In this document: positions 1-10,618 of the stretch, piece by piece
Layout: each line of letters begins with the position of its first letter
Numbering within the stretch: position 1 is the first letter of the stretch
From: Lingula anatina
Lineage: Eukaryota; Animalia; Brachiopoda
Length of the DNA: 64,000 nt
Assembly: GCA_051362555.1 (NCBI GenBank)
Contig: CM120642.1
Coordinates: forward strand, 27,962,001 to 28,026,000
Direction of reading: 5' to 3'
Translations under genes and position numbers: made by a program
The notes under the pieces: generated by a model
Seen by the model: the letters and a program-made list of their open reading frames with translations, nothing else
Databases searched by the model: none
Told to the model about the DNA's origin: nothing

Positions 1-670
1 CACTTCCAGAGGCAAATACAGAATAATAAACGATGATAATTTTACTGTAATATGTACTACACATGGATGGAAAAATTGCTTGTCTTTTCTACTTTCGCCT
101 GTTATAATTATAATTTTTTTGGTTGGGCACGGGGTTGGGGGGGGCACCCTGGATCCACCTTTAAACTAAGGCCACAAGGTTGTTTAGCAGAATTTCTTTA
201 TAAGCAAATGCTTTGTATTTCTCAAAGTCAAATAGTAATAACATTTTTCAAACTAAACTTACAGTGTACAGCAATTCATAATTCGTAATTGTAAATGACA
301 CATCATTTTACTGATGACAATGAGTAATGGGATATTCTGTGACTAGAAATACACATTTCTTTGGGTAAACTTAAGAACAAAAATATTATTTATATATTAA
401 CTGAATTTCCGTCTTCCTTCCCATTTATTACGGTATAGCAGTTAAAACTAAGGAGATTAGAAATAAATAAGTATATCAAGTGCTCTCTGTTTCTTTTATC
501 ATTAATGCATTTCCGAAGATAAATAATAACGAATAACGTTTGTTCATTCTGTTTTGACCGTTTAACTCATACTTCCACGACCACTGGAGAGAGCAATGGC
601 CCAATAGCGTGGTATAAAGGCATTAGGCAAATGTTGCATATAATTACAGGCTGCAGGGCAATAGTCTGTT

Positions 671-887
671 CGGAAGTATTTCGCAATGCCCTAGTCATTT
701 ACGCAGCCTGTAGCTATGGCAACATAGGTTATTGTAGGCCATCCTTAACCACAAGTCGTGAGTACCGGCCAACCGTATCCGGGACCGTATAGTATAAATG
801 AACAACGCCGCTGAACCCAGCAACAAAACACTGAAAGAAGCGAAGAAGAGAAGTGCAATACTGAATACTTTCAATTGAAGGAAAAAG
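671..887 (+). promoter_or_regulatory. Promoter and non-coding exon 1 of paralog 1
   Basis: CGGAAGT at 671, TATAAA at 793, purine-rich leader ending at donor AG|GTAAGC (888). Homologous to the regions upstream of paralogs 2 and 3. Confidence 0.65.
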
Positions 888-1105
888 GTAAGCAATTTTT
901 TAAAAATATTTTTATTGCTCTCTTCGACAGAGTGCACTTGGTTATGTTAAGGCTTCTATGATGAGTCAAAAAGCAACTAACGTTTTCGCATTTAGTATAT
1001 CACATCTAAATGATAGTTTTTCCAACAGACCAGCTGTCGTTGTACCGGTATGTGTTGTCTTTGGGATATCATCTGTCTTCGCTTGTATCTAGGGCAAAAC
1101 TGCTA

Positions 1106-2774
1106 CACACACTGGACAATAGAAGTGTCACCCCCTAAATCACAGTAATCAAAGTAGGCAGATCTTGGGTAGTTATAATGCCTGGGTAGTTATAATGTAA
1201 CTAATGGGTATAAAACCGCTATACCATGGAATTTTATTGTTGGTCTTGTACATGTACAGCAAATGTCATTCCTGTCTTCCTCCAATATGGCAATTTAACG
1301 ATTACAGTCGTCAAGTTATAAACCTGAAGAGGCGGAATATAAGCAATGTCAAAATATCGATACAGTTGAATTGTTCAGTCAGAACCGAGCAGAGGGTCTG
1401 ATCTCGGTATAGAAACACTGGATCAAGAGACAAATTGCCTCTGATGGGTCGTCCAAGAAAAACTACTGACCGTGAAGACCGACGACTGATTTTGATGTCC
1501 AGTTTGTCAAGGTTCGACGTTGCTTGTCAGTTGACAACACAGTGGAACAATTTCACACATAAGAATCTGTCTGTGAAAACTGCTATGCGTCGGTTACATG
1601 CTCAGAGAGTGTACAGTAGGGTAGCAAGACTGAAACCTCTTATATCGTAATAAAACAGGCAACGTAGAGTGAACTAGGGCCCACAGGATCTGGAACTAGA
1701 CAGCTCCCATGGCAATTGGTCCTATATAGTTTTTCTGATGAGTGTCGCTTTGGTCCTATGCTGGCGAACTGCTGGTAAAGCATTTTAACCACATGCACGG
1801 AATTTTCGAACCCGGAGCAGCATATCCATTATGGTGTGGGGCTGCATCAGCATCGATGGCGTAGGTGAATTGGTAGTGTTTGATGGAAACATGAATCACC
1901 AGAAATATATTGATGCTTTGGAGTCACCCGCACGAAAATGCAGTAGTATCGAAGTAGCAAAAAAGCATTAACGCAGTAGTGGTGTGGAGCATATTTGCAG
2001 TAGAAATGCAGCATAGCCTACTGCAATTCTACTCCAAAAAGTACATAGGTTTGTACAGAGAGGAGCATTAATGCAGTAGATATGCAGCATGATAGAAGCA
2101 TGTTTCAAATATGCTAATTAGCTCCCAAATCGAAGCAGATTTGAAGCATGTTTGCAGTATGATTGCCGTAGTCTACTGCGGTTTGCAGTATGATTGCAGT
2201 AGTCTTCTGCGCTGGAGTATATATATCTTCTGCGTTTTCTTGCGGGGCATGCAGACTTGCTACCATCTATTACTAACATGTTTTGTGACAAGAACTATCC
2301 ACTTATTCACCAGGATGACATTTATTCACCTTGTCACAGACCCAGAGCAGTTGATGATTGGTTTGACCAACAGGACATTCGCAGGGTGATGTGGCCTGCC
2401 CAGAGTCCTGATGCAAACATAATAGAAAATGTGTGGAATGATACGTTAAAACCTTTGACAAATGCCCGTCCAACCAGCAGACAAACTCTGTTAGATTCAG
2501 TGTTTCATGCTTGGGCCAGCATAAACCATGAACGCATCAGACAATTATATGAATCCTTGCCTCGCACTGGCAGCTATTATTAGGTCACGAGGCTATGCCA
2601 CTTAGTACTAATTTTGGACTTGAAACTGCATAACTTGGTAGAATGTATATTTTGTTCTCATTTCGTGTTTTTTTTTTTTTTGTGAAATTTGATGTTAATA
2701 AAATGATACCAGGAGCATATCATTCTACAGTCATTTATCTCCCCCAAAGTATTGGTTCTATTGTCCAATGTGTT
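1106..2774 (+). mobile_element. Decayed Tc1/mariner transposon in intron 1 of paralog 1
   Basis: 19 bp TIRs (CACACACTGGACAATAGAA / TTCTATTGTCCAATGTGTT) with TA on both sides. Broken transposase motifs GRPRKTT, FSDECRF, IMVWGCIS, WPAQSPDANIIENVW. Absent from the homologous intron of paralogs 2 and 3. Confidence 0.92.
1927..2246. mobile_element. MITE nested in the Tc1 transposase
   Basis: About 17 bp inverted ends (CCCGCACGAAAATGCAG / CTGCGTTTTCTTGCGGG) with internal GCAGTAG/GAAGCAT subrepeats. Interrupts the transposase between YIDALE and LLPSI. TSD not resolved. Confidence 0.75.
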
Positions 2775-2969
2775 TATTTGCTTCGTTCTAGCTCGTATGT
2801 TACATTAAGAAAAAGTTCTCACTAGAGTAGGTTTCGATCTGCGTAATTTTGTGGTCCTTTACAGTACCGGTTGCTTCACGACGGCGAGATTCGTAATGTC
2901 CAATAACAAATTTAATAATTTTGTACATGTTTATTCTGAAATTTATGGAATATTTGCTTACAGACTGTC

Positions 2970-5900
2970 ATGGTTCGCCTGTCAAAGACCGCGACGCTGT
3001 ATGTTTGGGCCGTGATGACGGCTCTGCTGTTGGTGCAGAATTTCCATCCAGGTGAGTTAGTGGCATTATACCCCCATCACACTAGAGGCGGAATGAGCAA
3101 GAATGCCGTGGGGAAGACAAATCTTTGTGCGTTCCTGGATATTCATAGAGCATTCTTAAAATTCCGAGTGCATTCCAAATATTTTTACCCGTTCTTGTGG
3201 CCGACCCGAATGTTTTGCTCATGTTAAAAAGTTTCCAAGTGGAAAATTATCGAATGGCGTTTGAATGGCATTCTAACTGCACTATGACTGCTTTCTAAAT
3301 ATTCTCACGGCATTCCGACAGCATTCGAAACATTCTGATCACATTCGAGGGAGAACCGAAATGGCAAGACACTTCAAATCCTGCTAGAATGAGCCAGAAT
3401 GCAACTCAAATGCATCTCGATCCTATTTCAGCTAGCAATCGAACCACACTCGTTCGGCATTCGAAGTGTATTCTAAATATTCTGACTGCATTCTGGCAGC
3501 ATTATTGATATTCCTAGTTTTCCAACTACATTCGAGCTGCATTTGAGAGCTAATACAGCCGAAATGTGGATTCAAGGGCATTCTGAGTATTCCAACAACA
3601 TTCTTACAAGAATTTAGGTCAAGTTGAAATTTCTTCCCGAATGTAGTACGAATTTTTAAATTTAGTCAGTCCGGCTGGTTCTGCTTGATTCCTGCTGATT
3701 CCGAATAAGTGTGACGAGGGCTTTAAATGTATTGGCCCCACGTTTTTTTTAACAAATATGTAATAAAACCTGTTTTAGTCGAAATGTTTGAATGTTATAA
3801 AGCTTTTTTTGCCCGTGAGTCTGATTTGGAATTTTTACCATACTTCATTCGATCCTTTCTAAGTATTATTTCAACAGTAGGCTACACATTGATCGTTTTA
3901 AATTATAATAAAAATAACAGGTTAATGAACGGTGAACCTTCTCCTTAATTTCAGCCATAGGATATGCTATCAGAGCTCCGCGAAGAGAAGCTAATGATGA
4001 GATGCGGTTATTGGAAGATAACGCAGCTGATGGATCAAATCACCACATCAAGAAAAGATGTATGTATTGTTATTTTTACGCATATTTATTCTACAACAAA
4101 CGCTTAAACGGGTGATTTTGATAATATAGATTTTCGTTTGTACCTGTTTCACCCGCACATCGGTGTATTCACGTTCATTATCATCTTCTTCTTTCGAAAT
4201 TTATAAAAGGACTTTCAAAATAAAATTAGAATGTAAATTTACGCTACATTTAAGTTTTCTAACGTGAAGTGTTAGCTGTAAATTTTCTTAGATCTAACAT
4301 AGCTATGTATTTTAAGTGAGAAACATTTCCCTTGCAGCAATTCTTGGAGCTGGTCTGAAATTCATATTCAAAAATTTCTGGGATGATTTGCTGTGTCTTG
4401 GAGCTCACTTAACGACTCTAGCAAACTGCAACAGTTTGTCACCAGGAGCTTGTCAAAGGTGAGTTTATGATATCCTATTAAGAGACAATTTTACTTCTCC
4501 GTTCGTTTCTACCACGGGCTAGGGAAAGGGCTACCTACTTTATCCTCGTTGAACGATAAATACTTTTACACAATCTGCCTTCGAATAATCCCCCATTAAT
4601 ATGTTATGTACATTAAAACTAAAGTCTTGACTTTTTGGATTAATTGAAACGGAAACCGTATCTTTTTTCTTCTTCAGGTTAAAAGATTTGGAAACTAAAC
4701 GAGATAAGATAGCAACCTTGGTGAACCAGACCCTGGAGACCCAAGTTGAGTGGGCTACATTGAATTCCACTGACGAAAAAGCCATCATTAATCTACAGTT
4801 GATCGAGAAAGACTTGGAACTGGTCACAGCCAGCAATCTTCGCCTCATGGGCATACTGAAGGCAATCAGCGTCATAGAAGAAACGGACACAGTTTACGAC
4901 TCAGCCACCGATAATGTCACAGAGATCAGAATACGTTTTCAGATTGATATGGAAACCTACCTGAACGGAATCAAAGCAACACTGACATCTGTAGGTTCCC
5001 AAATCGACTCTCTGAAACACCATGACTACATAATGTTTGCCATCATGACAGCAGTCCCCCTTGTAGCTCTGCATACCAGCCATATTGTGACATCCATCCG
5101 TCAAACTTATCTCACGAGAAGCCAGTCCTATCAGGTGGTGGATATCGTTGGTGGCAACGGCAGGATGAAACTCGCGTATAACCCACAGGGGCGACTTTAC
5201 ATCGTGCAAGAGTCCCCAGATTTGGGTAAACTAAAGGTTCTACAATCGGTGAGTGACAGTGGAAAAGTGGGACGGTTCTGGAAGTTTATGACGCCATCTG
5301 GACAGTCCGCCATGGTGTCCGAGTTCTTGGACAGCTTCGACTTTGAGAGAGGCAAAAGAATTGCTTGGCTTCAGCAAAATAACGCCGACTATCTGAACAC
5401 ACTGAAACAAAAGGGGTATATGACTGCATTCCTGAGTAGAACAGATGGTCTTACAACAACAGAGCTAGATGACTTTGTAAAGAAAGCGGCAGTTTTAGAC
5501 CAAGATAAGTTCTACAAGTACGATGCCGATATCCCTGAAGCTGACCTTCCCAAGCAATTGAGACTAGGCTTAGACATTATGAACCCAAATGACATTGCCG
5601 TGGTCAATGCATACAACCGACTGAAGACTACCCACCCAGACCTGCTTGAAAAGTTGAATAAAGCCGGTTCAACAGGTACGACCCCATATATATTTAGATA
5701 CGTGATAAACTACCCCAATCCTTGTATGAGTTAGTTTACTGTGTCTTTAATAATTGGATAATTTCTTTTGCCCACCTGTAAGAACTTTCTATATTAGGTA
5801 TTTTTCAGTTAAATATTCAAAGATGAAGTTTATTATAATTTTTGGAACATCACAGTGAAGCAAGCCTTTCAAAAATATAACCGAGGCGATAGGACGGGTA

Positions 5901-7246
5901 AATATAAGCGTTGTGGTTTGCGCAGTTCAGTGGTATATTTCGGTTTAGATTTACCGATAACTACGGGCGATGTGTATCAGCAAAACCAAATTTGTTATTG
6001 CGAAAATATGTCAGATTTTTGTTCAAAACAACACTAAACACACCACTAGACACTTCATTTGAAATTAACTTCAAATTTTGATTTGTGAATCTTTTCAGGA
6101 AAGTTCTTGGAAAACTCCAAAACACTCACAGACGCAGAGTTCGACGCCTACGCAGCAAAAGTTAAAGCAGCAGCCCCCGAGTTACCCGACGGTAATCTCA
6201 AGCACTTCGACTGGGACGTGCCTGCTAAAAAAGTCACATTCACGCAAAGGATCAAAAATGGGTGGTCTTCTTTCAGAAACTTTAACTTGTTCAACTGGAG
6301 AGGACGTCAAGTGAAGATCAGCAACGTCCTTACTATGGGAACCATAGGTGGAACCCTGAATGTTGCACTCTGTCTGTACATGACAGCTTCTTCAACCAAA
6401 AGCGTGGAAGACAAAATAATAGAAATCGACGGCAAGCTCGACGAAGCCAAGACAAACGTAGAAAAGAAAAAGGCAGAGTTAGATGCTCTTCTTGTAGAGG
6501 AAAAAGACCTCTACACAAAAATCAAGAATAACACCGTGTCTTTGTACAATCTCTTTAGTACCACCGATAACACCATTGCAGACGACCCGAGTTGCCAAGA
6601 CACCCTGTGTACTTTCCTCCGTGATGCTGCCCAAATCAAAGTTATCTCCGACTTCCTTGCTACGTGGAATAATAATACGGTCACCTCGAGTACAATTCTG
6701 GTTAGTCAGATAGCCTTCATGGCAGCCCTGACATCCTCCAAGACGAAAATGATTGACCTGTACAACTCTGCCATAGTCACCACCAACGTCATGAATTGGG
6801 TGACCGACGGTTTGACACTGGACAGGATGCTGGAGAACGCAGTCACGCTGAATCTCAATGCCCGTCTTCCCGACCATTTCTCTGTGCTGAAGGTCATCAA
6901 GGTCGCTTTCCCATCACGCACTGCCTACGACGGAATTCCATTAAGTTGTATTGGCACTAAAATTACAACACAGGCAGAACTTGAAGCGTTCTTACTAAAA
7001 GCAGCTCCTATAACTGGAAAAGTTGTTGATGACATCAAAACTTGTCAATTTCTCGGCATTTCTCCGGATGATATCGTTAGGTTAATACAACGCAAAGTGA
7101 ATTCCGGTGATCTCCCTGCAAACCCTTGCAATGGCCATGCTTGTACCAGTGATGATGTGCTGAAGGTGATTGCCGCAGAGTTCCCCGACCTAACAGAGTA
7201 TAATGGGAAAGCCTTGGCAAAATACAGAAACACTGCTACTTGTTAG
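2970..7246 (+). CDS. Paralog 1: uncharacterised 817 aa prepro-protein (signal peptide, KR-terminated propeptide, coiled coils, two hydrophobic segments); 5 coding exons
   Basis: Manual splice join(2970..3051,3955..4059,4338..4458,4678..5675,6099..7246) = 2454 nt. All introns GT-AG, phases 1,1,2,1, frame open. Starts MVRLSKTATLYVWAVMTALLLVQNFHP/AIGYAIRAPRREANDEMRLLEDNAADGSNHHIKKR/SILGAGLKFIFKNFWDDLLC. Exon sizes recur in the five other copies. Confidence 0.92.
3069..3722. mobile_element. PIF/Harbinger-like MITE in intron 2 of paralog 1
   Basis: Imperfect ~35 bp TIRs (CCCCCATCACACT..CGGAATGAGCAAGAAT vs ATTCCTGCTGATTCCG..AGTGTGACGAGGG), TTA on both flanks, interior rich in GAAT/ATTC. Confidence 0.75.
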
Positions 7247-8288
7247 AGATTCCTCATCTTTGTTGAATCCATGTCCCAATTATAAGAGCTTTAAAGGCGG
7301 ATATGCCATTTAGCAATACTTTCTATCATCCATTACTTTTATTCACTATGCATAAGATATGTAGAGAGCTCAATATACATGTTTAAAAACTTTCATTTTC
7401 CCACAAATTTATTTGTTTATCAAGTTTATTTTTGAAAAAGCAGCTCCTATAACTGGTTCAGTTATATTTTGAAAATAAACGTCTGCATCCTTAGTGATAA
7501 TGAAAACTTGACCAATGGAATGTTTCATAATGGTACGGCGTTTAATGTTTTGTTATTGAACTTGTTGTTTACAAACGCACAATGAAATATACATGGAACC
7601 ATAAGCACCGCCTTTATTCTGGGTTCTTTTATTTGATCTTTTAAGCTATAATAACTCATCCCTTAATTGTTCCAATCCAAAACCCATCCCTGTATCCAGG
7701 AGCAGATATTAATGCTTGATAGTTTTTTCTTAATTGTGTTTGTAATTCTCATACCATGGATCAGACTTGTGTTGATTCGAGAGAAAAGCTGCTCTTGTTA
7801 TTACCTCTTATCGTTTGACTATATTTGTAACAGGCGGAGCACTCTCAGTATCAGGGTTCGTTAATAATATACTCGTTTGTGTATTTTTATTTGTGAATTT
7901 CTTTCTAATGATCTTGATGAAATTCTAAAATGGTTCCACATCAGATTTGTTCAGAGATATCTTTGGAGGAAAATAATTACCATATAGACGCAGACACGTG
8001 AACTGGATTTCCTTTGTGCAAAAATCTTTATTACTGTTAACTTGTCTAGGAAGGTTTAGATAAGATTAGTAAAGAAACCCTCTTGGGAGTAGAGGTTTGT
8101 TGATTCATATACACTGCAAATGGAATATGACAGAAAAAGTGTAGCTGTGTTATAAATTGAAAATGGCTCGAAGAATAAAATGGAGATTTACTGAAAAGTT
8201 ACAGATTTATGTTGTATTCCCCCCCTCCTCGTCCATGCTACGTGCAAGACACTGGATCTTATCTAAGATTTATAAACAAGATTTATGG

Positions 8289-10618
8289 GGGAGTCACCCT
8301 ATTGAACGAAGGTTGGGAACTGATAGATGAAAATAAATAACTTAGTTAGAATGATTTAACACATACAGGGTTACCACTTAATATGGAATATTATTTTTTG
8401 GCGAGTAAATTTTCTACAAAATATTTAATTTCTCTCTAACTACTTTAAATCTAAAACTGAGGTGTCACTCCATGTGTAGCCAGGTGTGTTACCTAATTAC
8501 CACAAAACTCTCGAAACAATTGATGCATGCAGCTGCATGTTCTGTTGTCAGAAATGTGAGGGGTGGTCTTTTCGGCAATTTCTGCCCTTGTATAAAAACG
8601 CATGGGTTTGGTCAATCTTTGGAGTGTGTTTAGAGAAGCAACAAAGGGATCGCTCTGAAACTTGACTGGTACCGTAGTGAAGATATGGTTCGACAGCTAA
8701 GCAACGCAGCTTACTATGGGATTCTTGCTCTCAGAGAAAATGACCAGAAATGGACAGCCATTGCCAGGCAATGCAACATTTATCAGGAACCGTTAGTAAA
8801 GTCCTCCAAAGAAGTGCTACAACAGGGGGACCTACTCCAATACCTCGACCTGGGTGTCCGCGTATCACACCAGGAAGACAGGATCGCTTTCTCCATAGAG
8901 TGCGCCGTGCTGGTCGTCAAAGACAACCAGTGTCTTCAGAAAAGAGTGACAGAATGTCATTCAAACGCCCGTTTCAAGGTCCCTCGTGAACAAGAGATTA
9001 CTGCAAGCTGGTTATTTTGCACGAAGACCAGTAGGGAAACCAATGTTAACAGCAGGTCATATACAGCGCCGTCTGCAATGGACTGGGGACCACGTGCCCT
9101 TGCAGCCAAAACACTGGAATCACGTCGTTTTCGGTGATGAGGCCAGATATGGAGTTTTTAGGGTTGGCGGTGGAATCCGTGTCTGCCAACGTGTACGAGA
9201 GGCATAAAACGATAATTGTGTACTGCCTAGGGTACAAGCATGGGGTGTTAACGTCTCTGTTTGGGGAGCATTTCATGTCGGTGTCCAGAACCAGTTGGTT
9301 TTTCTAGGAGGCAACCTCAACCAGGGTTCCTACAGAGACATTCTACAGCAAACAATGCTTCGATTGGTAAGAGTCATCTTCAGGAACAACTTTGTGTACC
9401 AAGACGACTGAGCAACCCCACATCGAGGCCGCAGAATCACTGTTTTTCTTCGAAACCAATGGGTTCAGCAACTGCCCTGGCCTGCAAACTCTCCAGATAT
9501 GAACCCAATTGAAAAACTTTGGACAAAAATAACCCACAGAATTAATAGCTATGGTCCTCGGCCGGTAAATAGTGATGAACTGCAACAGGCAAATATCACT
9601 GCGTAGAATGATATCCCCATCCAAACTCTAAAAAACGTGTCACAGGGTATGCCATGTAGGATGAGGGCGCTGCAAGCGGCTGCTGGAGGTCATACTCGCA
9701 GTTACTGACTTTTCATGATTTACTGTAGTGAGTTCTTTGACTGTGTAACATATCACTGTCTGGAGGCTATCATTTTCTTTAATATCTTAGCTTAAAGTTA
9801 ATACTGACATCAAACTGTTGATATGGTTTTCTTCTGGGGGTGTTCCTTTCTTTTGAATGGCATCTTATGTCAGATTTGATATCATTGACCAAAATATCTC
9901 ACAACAGAAGACTAGATGTTTTTATCACTCAGTGACATACTTTTTTAATGACTCAAGCCAAAAAATAATTAATCAGCACTCAAAAATAACAATGATAAAA
10001 AATATTCCATATTAAGTAGCAACCCTGTAATTATTAAAGGTGGGGCTTATAATATGCCGCTTGGGTTGGGAGGTGGAAAATAAGGATGATGAAATTTCTC
10101 ACCTTGTCTTGGGGGTCTTGTGTCCATGTCCCTGTTGCTCTCTTATGCAGGTTTGTTGTATAGTCCTTACTCGTTCTTCTTTCTGTGGTTGTCTTACTGA
10201 GTGGCGTAAGACTGCCTAATTGTAAGACAGTAAATGTTGTGGTAACTAAACCTTGTGGACCAGTGGTAACTTACCATTGGTCAATGTGATGTAATAATTA
10301 CCCTTTGATGTTCTCCTGTGTAGCCATAAAGTCTGGTGTGCACACGTCGGATTAAGTTCAGAAGGGAGAATCCCTGTGATGTTGCAAGCAGGTTCTTGGT
10401 TATAAAAGTAATTATAGTTTGCAAGGATAATTTTGGATTGATAACCAAGACTTATTGAATAAAATTATTTGGTAGCTTTTATAAGTATGTGTGGGTGTGG
10501 GCGAAAACGGGAGTCACCCTACTAAACGTAGGTTGGTAACTAATAGATGAAAATAAATAAACTTAGTTAGAATGACTTAACACATAATTATAAAAGGTGG
10601 GGTTTATAATATGCCGCC
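8289..10618. repeat. ~110 bp direct repeat; first copy interrupted by the Tc1
   Basis: GGGAGTCACCCTA...TTAACACATA|ATTATTAAAGGTGGGG..ATAATATGCCGC at 8289-8365 plus 10028-10060, and uninterrupted at about 10509-10618. Confidence 0.8.
8366..10027 (+). mobile_element. Decayed full-length Tc1/mariner transposon
   Basis: 27 bp TIRs CAGGGTTACCACTTAATATGGAATATT (2 mismatches), TA TSD. Frameshifted transposase from 8685 with PRPGCPRIT, VVFGDEARY, WPANSPDMNPIEKLW. Confidence 0.94.

Noticed and set aside
4540-7233. Recurrent antisense and alternative-frame ORFs over the large exons (also in the other copies)
   Set aside because: Shadows of the paralogous coding sequence; their starts and stops are not conserved.
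4688-7246. Repeated two-ORF unit read as a bacterial-style two-gene operon or bipartite toxin
   Set aside because: The ORFs start at TTG/GTG just after polypyrimidine-AG acceptors and run past GT donors into variable tails. Phases join them into one protein in all six copies.
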